A DNA stretch of 63,880 nucleotides, filler included, from an uncultured Methanosarcinales archaeon (GTDB taxonomy: Archaea > Nanobdellota > Nanobdellia > Woesearchaeales > CAZKBD01): NCBI GenBank assembly GCA_964550945.1. It is 11 parts of 11 records of this genome, joined end to end, with 100 filler letters (N's around TTAATTAATTAA, not from the genome) between each part and the next. Parts side by side here need not be neighbours in the genome. Positions count along the whole stretch, not along the records: positions 43,623 to 49,367 come from CAZKBD010000103.1; positions 49,468 to 55,129 come from CAZKBD010000104.1; positions 55,230 to 60,873 come from CAZKBD010000105.1; 8 more parts are not named here. One strand, given 5' to 3'. Below, one piece after another: positions 48,683 through 58,901 of this stretch; the stretch's first letter is position 1, and the number at the start of each line of letters is the position of its first letter. The notes under the pieces are model-generated. The model saw only the letters and a list, made by a program, of their open reading frames with translations. It was not told the origin of the DNA and made no database searches. The position numbers and the translations under genes were made by a program.

Positions 48683-49260
48683 GCCATACATTAATATCAA
48701 TCATTATCGGCGCAATCTTCGTAAATAATTTCATACTCACAAGATTCCTGGGATTATGCCCTTTTTTCGGAGTTTCAACAAAAACCAAGCCAGCAATCGG
48801 GATGGGGATTGCGCTGACATTTGTTACAGCATTGGCTGCAATCGTGTCATGGCTGATGTACACATTTGTTTTAGTTCCTTTTAAGATAGAATATATGCAA
48901 GTGATTGTGTTTATACTGGTTATAGCGGTGTTAGTCCAGTTTGTTGAGCTCTTTTTAAAAAAGACAAATGAAAGCTTATACAAGGCTCTAGGCATATACC
49001 TTCCTTTAATCACTACAAACTGCATTGTTCTAGGCGTTGCATTGATTAATGTCCGGCAGAGCTATTCATTTATAGAATCATTAGTATTTTCAATAGCTGC
49101 TGGCCTTGGCTTTACGTTAGCAATCCTATTGATGTCAGGCATAAGAGAAAGATTAGAGTTGAGTGATGTTCCAAAGCCATTCCAAGGATTGCCAATCGCA
49201 TTTATTGTTGCTGCTTTGATGTCAATGGCATTTCTAGCATTTTCAGGGATGATAAGATGA
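48679..49260 (+). CDS. rnfA: Rnf complex subunit A
   Basis: VNNFILTRFLGLCPFFGVS, LGIYLPLITTNC, IRERL. Confidence 0.96.
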   Translation: MSHTLISIIIGAIFVNNFILTRFLGLCPFFGVSTKTKPAIGMGIALTFVTALAAIVSWLMYTFVLVPFKIEYMQVIVFILVIAVLVQFVELFLKKTNESLYKALGIYLPLITTNCIVLGVALINVRQSYSFIESLVFSIAAGLGFTLAILLMSGIRERLELSDVPKPFQGLPIAFIVAALMSMAFLAFSGMIR

Positions 49261-49367
49261 TTGCAGAGTCAATTATACTGCTGAGCCTTCTTGGGCTGGT
49301 TTTTGGTATTTTTCTAGCCATTGTCTCAAAAAAATTTGAGGTAAAAAGAAACCAAAAAGTAGAGGAA
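49257..49367 (+). CDS. rnfB: Rnf complex subunit B, N-terminal fragment, absent from ORF track
   Basis: MIAESIILLSLLGLVFGIFLAIVSKKFEVKRNQKVEE; ATGA overlap with rnfA. Confidence 0.85.
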
Positions 49368-49467
49368 NNNNNNNNNNNNNNNNNNNNNNNNNNNNNNNNN
49401 NNNNNNNNNNNTTAATTAATTAANNNNNNNNNNNNNNNNNNNNNNNNNNNNNNNNNNNNNNNNNNNN
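49368..49467. other. Artificial contig linker
   Basis: N-run + TTAATTAATTAA + N-run. Confidence 0.99.
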
Positions 49468-50157
49468 CATTCTAACCAATTTGTCTTTGTGTTTTTTGTT
49501 TCTAAAGTCTATCAAACCTACCCACATTCTAAGATTTCTAACTCCATTAAGCTTAATGCTATAGATAACAGTATCTCTATAACCTCTCTTATCAATTCTT
49601 TTTTCTCTATAGTAATTCCTTAGAATAAACCCCTCTCTTTTAAGAAAAGCATAAACCTCTGCAACCAAAGGATGACTCTTTGACGCAAAACTTATTATGG
49701 GATAGTTACCTCTGAAATGTATTGAACCATCAGTATCAATCAACCCCTTTATAAAGTGGAGCATGTAATCCTCATTTGAGATTATCCAACTAGGTATAGT
49801 AATCTGTTCTTTCTTGCCCTTTTTGAATCCAGCCTCAACCAGGTAATTTATCAAGCCTTTGGAGATCAATCTTAGATACATCGAATTTTGACTTTTTATT
49901 CTAAAAAAAGAAGATTCAAGGCTAAACAATCTTTTTACTAGTTCCCTGACATACCCAGTTAGATAATTATCATCAAATCTTGAGTCTCCAGCAATTTCAA
50001 GTAAATATTTATATTGATAAGGGTAATAATTAATATATCCATCTCCAGTAAGTATGCCTATGAACTCGGCTAATTCTTTAGAAGGGTTTTTAGGTAAAGT
50101 TAAACCTCTTTTTATGTCATTGTGGCTTAATTTTACGTTTGTTAGATCAAATTCCAT
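49468..50157 (-). CDS. Free-standing two-motif LAGLIDADG endonuclease-like protein, 3'-truncated
   Basis: LAEFIGILTGDG and FIKGLIDTDG. Confidence 0.88.
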
Positions 50158-50223
50158 CTTGCTTACCTCTTGAACCTCATCTAAAATGAGATTTCCTTCA
50201 TTATTTTAAAGGAAATCTCAATG

Positions 50224-50314
50224 AAAAAAGAGGACGTTAAGCGAAACTCCGTAATTGATTTTTGTGTTTTTAAAACCAAAAATCATTATTTGGGAGTTTT
50301 GCGTGTCCTCTTTT
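50224..50314 (-). ncRNA. Candidate rod-shaped small RNA or long palindrome
   Basis: Nested arms AAAAGAGGAC/GTCCTCTTTT, AAACTCC/GGAGTTT, TGATTTTTG/CAAAAATCA; TATATAAA upstream and T6 downstream on the minus strand. Confidence 0.35.
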
Positions 50315-50378
50315 GTAGAAATAAAACCAGTTTATATACCCTACGCGTCCATGTCCAGTGCTAATGGTCAGATCTTCT

Positions 50379-52562
50379 TTACTCCATTCCCAAAGTTGCT
50401 CCCATTATTGAGCTGGCAATGAAATTAAATATCATCATAATGACAAAAGCAATGAAACAATAAAGAACAGTGCTCTTTGTTAGATTCTTGCCAAGCTCGA
50501 ATCTTTCATTAAGAGCATCAGCGCCATTCTGGATCCCATTAGCCATGATCGTCAGTATATAAACAACCTGGATGACATATATTCCGACAATTACCTGGAA
50601 ATAATATGTTGGAATGCTGCTTTTAAACATTGTTCCAATCGCACCCAATCCGCCGCCAGCCTCGCCAGTATTGCTGAATTCAGCAATCTGATGGCTCAGC
50701 TTTCCTATGATGTTAGTGACCATTGAAGTAATTCCGACAACTATCCCTGCAATAGCAGGCGTTAAAAACTTAATCTGGGATGTCATTGAGCTTGAAATGT
50801 CTGCCATTAAATCCTTAAGCCTCTCATTAACTTTATGTATCTCCTTGATATACCTGGAGACATTCATCAAAGCCTGCGCAGCAACTTCTGGCCCTTTCTT
50901 AACGCCTTCAATCAAAACCTTCATCGAGCCCTCAATTAAGTTAGATGGGAAATATACCAAAGCGCCATGCACAGGATCAAAAATTGCTTGTTGTACACTC
51001 ATTCCCAAACGCTTTATATTTGAGCTGACTAAGCTGAAAAAATTGCCAGAAACAGTGCCTTCCATAGAATCAGCCACTTTGCCGCAGGCCATTTCTGCAG
51101 GGATACCATCACCAAGCCTGTTTCCAAGCTGGAACAAGGCAGACGCAAATTCCTGCTCAAGCTGCTTTGCCCTGTTTCTTATCTGGATAACATTCTTGCT
51201 TCTTAGATTGTAATACAACCCCAGGCCCATTCCCATCCCAATTACTACAGCCAGGCTTAATATAGATGCGCCAATCCCGAAAGGCCCGATCATCTTGCCA
51301 GCTTCCTCCCTGTACTCTAACATGCAAAACTGCTTGCCGCATTCTGTTGATGCATCATCCCTCCCAACCCCGAAATCAGGTATTCCAACTGCATGCATAA
51401 TCATCGGGCTGATGCCTACAAACAAACAGATTAGAAAAAATACCATTGCAACCCATACAGGATTGAGCTTTATCTCAGACTTGCCGATCTTAATCAAAAC
51501 ATTCCTGTATTTTTGCAGCTCAGGATTTTCTGATATATCAGTGTCTCCATAGCCTGTAGGCCTTGTTGATAATATATTCTTGCCCAAATAATAAACAGCT
51601 ATTGGCAGAGCCACATTATATAATGTAGCAATATGGTACCATTTAACGCCCTCCATAAAACTAACAACTAATGGCAGGATAACCAATCCAAGAATAGGCA
51701 AAATCACTCCAATCATGTGCAGCATGGTGATAGGAGATTTTAAGTTATGGGCATAATGCATCATCTTTTCATAAGTCTCGCTCAAAATAACATCTAATGC
51801 CTTGTCTATAGAATTTAATCTTCTTTCTTCACTTCCTTCATACAGGGAAGCTTCAATTAGATGGAAGCTTTCAATAAATTCGATATTATATTCCTTCCAT
51901 GTCTCTAGATAAAATTCTAAGCTCTCTTTTACAGATTCATACTCTTCAGTCTCAACATTCCAAAGAACTTTTCGAAGGTCCAATGATAAAGGTGGCGAAA
52001 GATGCTCAGCTGCAAACTCAATAGCCAGCTCTAAATTAGAGGTGTGCCTCATGTAAGTTACCACATAAAACACGCATAACACCATCTGGTTGCTTGCCTT
52101 TAATCGCCAACTGTTGGCTATGTACTCCGGCATCTTGCTGAATGGAAAAATCAAGGACAATCCAACTATAAAAAAGAAGAAAATGAAGAACGTGCTAGCA
52201 AAAATTGCATAAGAAATCAAGGATCCGAAAAATATTATCGCTATAGGGATCAATAATGAAAATGAAATAGCTCCTGTTGGAGTGATGTTCAGATGGCATA
52301 TGTCGATAGCAGAAGTTAATCTGGCTTCTTTCTTCTTGTCAGGCTTGACTTTAAGTACTTTTTCGCTGAAGTTGCATAGCTTTTCATATAAGCTCAAATG
52401 AGCAGGCATGAATTCTTCTCTAAACTCATTATATTCCCTGGAAGCAAGCCTTTTTTCTTCTTTGATAGCTCTTGCATCGCCGCTTTTTATTCCCAGTTCT
52501 GCCTCTATTCTTTTTGTATACCTCTCTTTAAGATCACCTATCTCCTCTTTTTTTGTTTCCAT
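50379..52562 (-). CDS. Type IV pilus/T2SS platform membrane protein (TadC/ArlJ-like)
   Basis: Two T2SSF-like repeats (SNLELAI, LGDGIPAE), multiple TMs, directly after the ATPase. Confidence 0.85.
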   Translation of the reverse strand: METKKEEIGDLKERYTKRIEAELGIKSGDARAIKEEKRLASREYNEFREEFMPAHLSLYEKLCNFSEKVLKVKPDKKKEARLTSAIDICHLNITPTGAISFSLLIPIAIIFFGSLISYAIFASTFFIFFFFIVGLSLIFPFSKMPEYIANSWRLKASNQMVLCVFYVVTYMRHTSNLELAIEFAAEHLSPPLSLDLRKVLWNVETEEYESVKESLEFYLETWKEYNIEFIESFHLIEASLYEGSEERRLNSIDKALDVILSETYEKMMHYAHNLKSPITMLHMIGVILPILGLVILPLVVSFMEGVKWYHIATLYNVALPIAVYYLGKNILSTRPTGYGDTDISENPELQKYRNVLIKIGKSEIKLNPVWVAMVFFLICLFVGISPMIMHAVGIPDFGVGRDDASTECGKQFCMLEYREEAGKMIGPFGIGASILSLAVVIGMGMGLGLYYNLRSKNVIQIRNRAKQLEQEFASALFQLGNRLGDGIPAEMACGKVADSMEGTVSGNFFSLVSSNIKRLGMSVQQAIFDPVHGALVYFPSNLIEGSMKVLIEGVKKGPEVAAQALMNVSRYIKEIHKVNERLKDLMADISSSMTSQIKFLTPAIAGIVVGITSMVTNIIGKLSHQIAEFSNTGEAGGGLGAIGTMFKSSIPTYYFQVIVGIYVIQVVYILTIMANGIQNGADALNERFELGKNLTKSTVLYCFIAFVIMMIFNFIASSIMGATLGME

Positions 52563-52563
52563 C

Positions 52564-54852
52564 TTATAAATTCATCTTTTTAACTGATCTTTTCATCCAT
52601 TCATTCCATTCAAAAAATATCTTCTTTGAATCTAGTGAGCCAACCTCTTCCTTAATATGGTCAGATATCCTGTGGAACTCATCATTGCAGCTTATCACAA
52701 AACCAGCTTCAAGCAGATCAGGCATATTTTTTTCTTTTGCAAAATTAACCAATGTTTCCTTTACCTTTGCTCTCAGCATGACATTATCCCATACAGCATC
52801 CCAATTGCCAGCCCATTCCTTTACATTTCCGGCAATTGCTTTCAGAATCTCACTCTCTCCATTTATTAAATCATCACTGGGTTCTAGCTGGTCATTCTTT
52901 GTTTCATATTTCATTAAATCTACAAAGCCGCCTTCAAGCAAAGGATCTTGTTCCCATTTTTTTCTTACTTCTGTAATTTGAGTAACCCTTCTCCACCTAT
53001 GCAATCCATCAGCGCTCCTTATAGGATTAGTGACTATTATGACATCTGTTGCCTTAAAGCTAGTCCTGGGCACTTGAAGGTCATTTACAACCCTGTCAAA
53101 GACTCCATAAGGACTATCTCCGTGAATAGTGCCTGCAACAACATTAGCCATTGCCCCTACTCTCATAGCTTCATACAATGCTTGAGCTTCCTTGCTCCTT
53201 ACCTCGCCTATTATCAGGCTGCTGTCACCCATTCTTAGGGTTGTTCTTATGCCTTCATCAGCTGGAACTTCAGCAGAGCCTTTTGACATTGCAGCTGCAA
53301 CCTTCATTGGCTGTATGTTATACCCTAATTTTCTCATAGCTGTAACAGGCAGTTCTAAAGTATCCTCTATAGTGATAATCCTGAACTTTCTCATGATCTC
53401 TGTCATTATAGCTCCAAGCAATGAGCTTTTTCCTGCGCTTCTTGTTCCTGCAACCAGTAATGTTCTTGAGCCGTCAACCAAAAAACTTATAATCCCGGCT
53501 GCTAAAGGGTTAATCATCTGATTGCTCATAAACAAAGGCAAAGTCCAAGGCTTATCCCTATGCCTTCTGAATGCATACGCCAGGCCATTGGGGTTTAAAG
53601 GCTCTGAAATAACAGCTACTCTTGCTCTTGCCTTAGGCAATGTGATTTCAGTATCCAAAATAGGATTAGCTTCATCCAATGGCCTTCCAGAAATCATCCT
53701 TAATTTAGAAGCCCAGCTCTCAGCCTCAGTTCTTGTCGGTATGATATTTGTCTTGCAGTCGCTGTAATCCTGATGCACAATAAACATAGGGGTCTCTCCC
53801 ATTGGGCTGTTTATTGTGACATCCTGCACTTTTTCATCGCTTAACAGGACTTCAATCAAGCCAAAGCCCACAGTATATCTTACAAGTATCTCTGTTAATC
53901 TCCTTACATCCTTTTCACTAATCCTGATTTTTTTATATTCTGCAAGCTCTTCAATTAGGTCATGGCCAACATTATAGAAAACCTGCCTCATTCGTTCAGG
54001 CTCAACAAATTCGTTTCTCTTAGGCTTATGCTCAGCCATTACCTTTCTTGCAGTATCAAGTATTTCATAATCCTCTTCAGAAAGCCTGAACTCAGGAGGA
54101 TTTATATGATAAAGATACTGGATTGTGTCAGGCAGCTGGAAAATTGTAACCTCTGTGTCCCCTAGGTTATAGCTGTCAAGCTCTTCTCCTTCTGACGGAA
54201 AAGCAGCCATCAGCTTTGTAAACATGAAATCAGGCTTGATTGTAGGGCTGAAAATCCTCCTATAAACTGATCTATCGCCAGGCTGGTAACCAGCCAAATA
54301 AGGCTTTGTTATATTAATCAATTTTGTTCTGTCAAGCAAAGCAACAACTTTGTCCAACAACCCGATGTACAATTGGGAACATTCAATATAATCCCTGTCA
54401 ACACTTCCTTCAATGTTTATCCTTTGTTCTCTTGACAGCCTTTTCAGTTCAATATAGGCAGTTACAGGATCGCTTCTTAACAGATTCGAGATTATGTTGT
54501 TTACAGCCGCATACCATTCATTCGCGTATCTCGCGCATTTTGAATCAGCAGCCAACGCTTGATAGCTTAGAAAATCCTTTCTTTTTGACAAATGCCTGTA
54601 CAGCCTTGCAACATCCTGAAGCAGCATAATTTGGTTATAATCATATTCATAATTCCTTTTCTGGTAGTAGACAACCTTCGTTATGCTGCCTACCTCAATA
54701 AGTATGTCGCAGGTCTTGGCCATCAAGACAGGATCGTCTTCTAGAGAAGGCACACTCGAGTAGTCATCTAAGTCAATCCTTAGAATAACCTCTTCACCCT
54801 CTCTTATTATGTCATAAGAGAACGGCTCTTTTTTCTCAGGAAACAGCGTCAT
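52564..54852 (-). CDS. Type II/IV secretion ATPase (ArlI/TadA/VirB11-like)
   Basis: Walker A GTRSAGKS, IEDTLEL, IIGEVRSKEA, GTIHG. Confidence 0.93.
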   Translation of the reverse strand: MTLFPEKKEPFSYDIIREGEEVILRIDLDDYSSVPSLEDDPVLMAKTCDILIEVGSITKVVYYQKRNYEYDYNQIMLLQDVARLYRHLSKRKDFLSYQALAADSKCARYANEWYAAVNNIISNLLRSDPVTAYIELKRLSREQRINIEGSVDRDYIECSQLYIGLLDKVVALLDRTKLINITKPYLAGYQPGDRSVYRRIFSPTIKPDFMFTKLMAAFPSEGEELDSYNLGDTEVTIFQLPDTIQYLYHINPPEFRLSEEDYEILDTARKVMAEHKPKRNEFVEPERMRQVFYNVGHDLIEELAEYKKIRISEKDVRRLTEILVRYTVGFGLIEVLLSDEKVQDVTINSPMGETPMFIVHQDYSDCKTNIIPTRTEAESWASKLRMISGRPLDEANPILDTEITLPKARARVAVISEPLNPNGLAYAFRRHRDKPWTLPLFMSNQMINPLAAGIISFLVDGSRTLLVAGTRSAGKSSLLGAIMTEIMRKFRIITIEDTLELPVTAMRKLGYNIQPMKVAAAMSKGSAEVPADEGIRTTLRMGDSSLIIGEVRSKEAQALYEAMRVGAMANVVAGTIHGDSPYGVFDRVVNDLQVPRTSFKATDVIIVTNPIRSADGLHRWRRVTQITEVRKKWEQDPLLEGGFVDLMKYETKNDQLEPSDDLINGESEILKAIAGNVKEWAGNWDAVWDNVMLRAKVKETLVNFAKEKNMPDLLEAGFVISCNDEFHRISDHIKEEVGSLDSKKIFFEWNEWMKRSVKKMNL

Positions 54853-54853
54853 T

Positions 54854-54997
54854 TTACTTTGATTCCTCCTCCTTTAGCTTTTCCAAAGCAATCTCGATCA
54901 AATGTGATTTATTCCTGAACCTGTTTTTATCTTCCAGCATGTCATCTAACCATTTTATCAGCTTTTCATCAATCGTTGCTGAAATAGGCCGTTTCAT
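54854..54997 (-). CDS. Small ribbon-helix-helix regulator, 47 aa, absent from ORF track
   Basis: MKRPISATIDEKLIKWLDDMLEDKNRFRNKSHLIEIALEKLKEEESK. Confidence 0.8.
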   Translation of the reverse strand: MKRPISATIDEKLIKWLDDMLEDKNRFRNKSHLIEIALEKLKEEESK

Positions 54998-55129
54998 AAC
55001 ATATTATAAAATATATTTTATATTATTTACTAGATTTTATAACATACTTTAGTTTAGAACTATATAAATGTTTTGTTTGAAATAATATAAAAAAAAGAAC
55101 GAGCTATTTACTCGCCAATATTAGCTTCC

Positions 55130-55229
55130 NNNNNNNNNNNNNNNNNNNNNNNNNNNNNNNNNNNNNNNNNNNNTTAATTAATTAANNNNNNNNNNNNNNN
55201 NNNNNNNNNNNNNNNNNNNNNNNNNNNNN
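55130..55229. other. Artificial contig linker
   Basis: N-run + TTAATTAATTAA + N-run. Confidence 0.99.
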
Positions 55230-55340
55230 GTTAAAACCCCTTGAGCGTGCGCATTAGCGATTTCTGACATGTCAAAAAGAAGATGGGCTTTCAGCCACCA
55301 GTTAAAAACTGGTGGAAAATTTCTGACATTTCAGAAATGT
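55230..55340. repeat. Palindromic REP/MITE-like element at contig start
   Basis: TTTCTGACATGTCAAAAA, CCACCAGTT/AACTGGTGG hairpin, TTTCTGACATTTCAGAAA. Confidence 0.75.
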
Positions 55341-55369
55341 TTTTATAAAGTTAAGTATCTCTTGTTGTT

Positions 55370-55711
55370 ATGGGCCTGAGTATTGATGGTATTAATGATG
55401 TCCATTATTCTCCAGATAGAAGAATGGTAGCATATCCAGCGCAGTTAACATCTGGACATCCATCTGAAGCACAATTGAGAATACCAGTTGCGACATTAAG
55501 GAGAATGGGAGATAGCCCATTGTACACCCTAGTTGGCGTAGGCTATTATCATTCTGTTTCTGAAGCAGTTGCAGCCGCACAATTAGATACGCCTAAGACG
55601 TTAGCTACTTTAGCTGAACATTTGGTTTCGCAGCAAATACTTTATGGCCCTGATGCTCGGAAAGCAACAAGCGCGCCTGAAACAGGCAAAGTTCTTGACA
55701 AAGCAGCGTAA
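55370..55711 (+). CDS. Hypothetical protein
   Basis: ORF with TTTATAAA about 20 nt upstream. Confidence 0.55.
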   Translation: MGLSIDGINDVHYSPDRRMVAYPAQLTSGHPSEAQLRIPVATLRRMGDSPLYTLVGVGYYHSVSEAVAAAQLDTPKTLATLAEHLVSQQILYGPDARKATSAPETGKVLDKAA

Positions 55712-55751
55712 TTTCGATAGTTTTTTAAATGTTGTTGCTTAAAAATAACTT

Positions 55752-56639
55752 ATGATTATAGTTGGCTGCTCTAAAGGGAAAGATATAGCGAAAAAAATAG
55801 CTAAAAAACTAAAAAAGCCTTATTCTGAATTAATTGTAAAGAGATTCCCAGACAATGAATCATACATAAGGTATAACTGCCAGGTAAAAAATAAAAAAGT
55901 GATTCTTGTCCAAAGCTTCCATAACAATATAAATGACCAGCTTATTGAAGTTTGGTTTGCTGCAAGGACCGCTCATGAGTTAGGCGCTAAAGAATGCTGG
56001 CTTGTAGCCCCTTATTTCCCCTATCTGAGGCAAGACAAGCGCTTTAAGCCAGGCGAAGCCAGAAGCGTGCATGTAGTTGCTGAATTTATTGACAAGCTGT
56101 TCAAACGGATTATAATCTGCGATCCTCATCTGCACAGGGAGAAAACCTTAAGCCACATATTCACAATAAAAACAGCAAAGATTACTGCTAACCCATTGAT
56201 TGCCAGCTACATAAAACGGCATATTAAAAACGCATTGATCATAGGGCCAGACTGGGAAAGTTATAAGTGGGCAGAAAGAACCGCTGAAATGATTGGCTGT
56301 GAATCGGCAATAATGGAAAAAAAGAGGTATTCTGGAAGAAAGGTTGATGTTAGGTTAACCTCAAAAGACAAGAATATTGATGTAAAAAGAAAAAACATAG
56401 TTCTTGTGGATGATATGATCTCAACCGGCCACACAATATTAGAGACAGTTAAGCTATTAAAAAAGTTAGGGGCAAAAAAGTTCACTTGCATATGTGTTCA
56501 TGGCATTTTTGTTGAGAATGCTTTGGAAAAGCTAAAAAAAGCAGGCGTTAAATTAATATCCACAAACACAATTCCAAACAATACCAGCAAGATTGATGTT
56601 AGTGATTTGATAGCAGATGAGATAAATAAGATAGGTTAA
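55752..56639 (+). CDS. prs: Ribose-phosphate pyrophosphokinase
   Basis: RFPDNE, PYFPYLRQDK, DPH, LVDDMISTGHT, STNTIP. Confidence 0.95.
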   Translation: MIIVGCSKGKDIAKKIAKKLKKPYSELIVKRFPDNESYIRYNCQVKNKKVILVQSFHNNINDQLIEVWFAARTAHELGAKECWLVAPYFPYLRQDKRFKPGEARSVHVVAEFIDKLFKRIIICDPHLHREKTLSHIFTIKTAKITANPLIASYIKRHIKNALIIGPDWESYKWAERTAEMIGCESAIMEKKRYSGRKVDVRLTSKDKNIDVKRKNIVLVDDMISTGHTILETVKLLKKLGAKKFTCICVHGIFVENALEKLKKAGVKLISTNTIPNNTSKIDVSDLIADEINKIG

Positions 56640-57337
56640 GCTGCTCTACTATCTTTAGTACCTAGAATATTTTTCAATTCTCTCCACAAATCCATTAAAG
56701 TAGAAGTCAATGGGGGAGGATGAGGACAATCAAGCCCCAATGATTCCATAGCCATTCGATAATCAGTGTCCTTTGGTGCTCCAAACCCTTCATATGTGAT
56801 CCCAGAAGGGAATGCCCTGGCAACAGGATTAAACTCTCTTCTTATGTCTATTCTAGCAGCAAAACCATAATGTGCCAAAAGCTCATTAAACATTTGTTCA
56901 AATAAATCAAGTCTGGGTTTTACTGGATAGTTTGTTCTGTCAATCTGTTCTCCAACAATAGGGGTTGTCTGATTAACAGATGCCCAGCCCAAATGCCCAT
57001 TAGGCAATTGTACCATTTCCCCATTATCCCTGCTAAATACATCAACATGATATGTGGCACGACTCTCATAAAAGAATGCAACTTCTTCATAACGAACACT
57101 AACCTCCCTAAGAGTACAATAAGCTGGAAAGAAACTAGTGCTAGGATCGTGTGCGTTTTGCACCATTGCCTCTAAAAGTAGAACTCCAGTATCTTTGTTA
57201 TGGACATTAAGCAAAGAATCCGCTGCAGGATGCCCTTTAGTGACAGTAACTGAATAATCTCCTAACACCTTCAAATATCTGAGCTCAGGAAAACCTTGCT
57301 CCTGCCCTATGTTCACATCCACTCTCTGAGCATCCAT
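56636..57337 (-). CDS. Hypothetical protein
   Basis: 233-aa ORF, no recognised motif. Confidence 0.6.
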   Translation of the reverse strand: MDAQRVDVNIGQEQGFPELRYLKVLGDYSVTVTKGHPAADSLLNVHNKDTGVLLLEAMVQNAHDPSTSFFPAYCTLREVSVRYEEVAFFYESRATYHVDVFSRDNGEMVQLPNGHLGWASVNQTTPIVGEQIDRTNYPVKPRLDLFEQMFNELLAHYGFAARIDIRREFNPVARAFPSGITYEGFGAPKDTDYRMAMESLGLDCPHPPPLTSTLMDLWRELKNILGTKDSRAA

Positions 57338-57388
57338 AAATAGTGTTAAAACATATCAGAATTAATAAACATTTATATTCTCTGGAAC

Positions 57389-58834
57389 TCAATAACTCTT
57401 CGCAAACAATCCAATAATCTTTGCTTCTTTCCCGCATTGCAAGCATTTCCCAGAAATCTTTTTCGGCTGGCCTAAAGGCAATGTTACGCATTTAGCTCCT
57501 TCTGTTTTATCCTTGATAATATCCTCACACTCTGTTGTATTGCAGAAAGGAGCCCTGACAACCTTATTGCCTTTTATTATTTTTAAGAATTCGTTCCATG
57601 TTTTTGGCTCTTCTATCATCTCATCCATTAATTTTTTAGCTTTATTAAACAAAGATTTATGGATATTTTCAAATAATTCTTCAACTTTTTTATCAATATC
57701 CTTAAACTTAACAAATTCTTTATTTGAATTATCCCTTCTTACAATAACAACATGCCCTTTTTCCAGATCCTTAGGCCCAAGCTCAATCCTTATTGGAACG
57801 CCTTTAATCTCCCATTCATTGAACTTCCAGCCAGCGCTATATTCTTCTCTATCATCCAAAACAACAGAATGATCCTTTAGTGATTTTTTAATCTCTTCTG
57901 CTTTTTTCAGAACATTTTCTTTTGTATCCTTGAACAGTATAGGAACAATGACAAGCTGCACAGGAGCTAATTTTGGCGGCAAAACCAGACCCTTATCATC
58001 TCCGTGAATCATTATCATAACGCCGAGCATTCTTGTAGTAATCGCAAAAGTATTTTGCCATGCAAACTGCTCTTTCTCATCTTTATCCAGGAATTTTATT
58101 CCAAATGCTTTGGCAAACTTCTGGCCGTCATGATGAAAGTCAGGGCCCTGAATAGCCTTTCCATTAGGCAGTATCAATTCAAAAGCTAATGTGTATTCTG
58201 CGCCTGCAAATTTCTCTTTCTCGGTTTTTTTACCTAATATGCTAGGCAGAGCCATGTAATTCTCAAGAACATCCTGGTAAATATCCAGAATCTGCTTGGC
58301 TTCTTTTTCTGCTTCTTCTTTTGTCGCAAAAACAGTATGCCCTTCATTCCATAGAAACTCCCTGGTCCTCATAAAAGGTATTGGATGCTTGAATTCCCAT
58401 CTCACAACATTATTCCATTGGTTTAACCTCAAAGGCAGGTCCCTCCACGACCTTATCCAGTTTGCATAACTTTCATACATAATTGTTTCAGAAGTGGGCC
58501 TTATGGCTAATCTCTCATCTAGTTTTGTATCTCCGGCATGAGTGACCCACGCAACTTCTGGCGTAAACCCCTTAAAATGCTCTGCCTCTTTATTCAGCAA
58601 CCTTTCTGGGATAAACAATGGAAAATAAGCATTTTTAATGCCGGTTTTTTTGAATTCACTATCTACTCTCTCCTTTATCTTTTCCCAGATAGAATATGAG
58701 CTTGGCTTAAAAATAATGCACCCAGAAACAGAGCTGTAATCAGCTAAATCGCTCTTTTTAATTAATTGGGTGTACCACTCTGATAAATCGTCTGACTTTT
58801 TGACTGATAACCCTATTTCTTCCTTTTTTGCCAT
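57389..58834 (-). CDS. proS: Prolyl-tRNA synthetase, archaeal/eukaryotic type
   Basis: AIRPTSET, VRWEF..PFMRTREFLWNEGHT, HGDDKGL, terminal AKSY. Confidence 0.97.
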   Translation of the reverse strand: MAKKEEIGLSVKKSDDLSEWYTQLIKKSDLADYSSVSGCIIFKPSSYSIWEKIKERVDSEFKKTGIKNAYFPLFIPERLLNKEAEHFKGFTPEVAWVTHAGDTKLDERLAIRPTSETIMYESYANWIRSWRDLPLRLNQWNNVVRWEFKHPIPFMRTREFLWNEGHTVFATKEEAEKEAKQILDIYQDVLENYMALPSILGKKTEKEKFAGAEYTLAFELILPNGKAIQGPDFHHDGQKFAKAFGIKFLDKDEKEQFAWQNTFAITTRMLGVMIMIHGDDKGLVLPPKLAPVQLVIVPILFKDTKENVLKKAEEIKKSLKDHSVVLDDREEYSAGWKFNEWEIKGVPIRIELGPKDLEKGHVVIVRRDNSNKEFVKFKDIDKKVEELFENIHKSLFNKAKKLMDEMIEEPKTWNEFLKIIKGNKVVRAPFCNTTECEDIIKDKTEGAKCVTLPLGQPKKISGKCLQCGKEAKIIGLFAKSY

Positions 58835-58901
58835 TTTTTTATTGCTCAGATTAAGTTATCTCCTTTTTGACAGGATAGGAATAACAGCATCAGCTTGTGC
58901 T

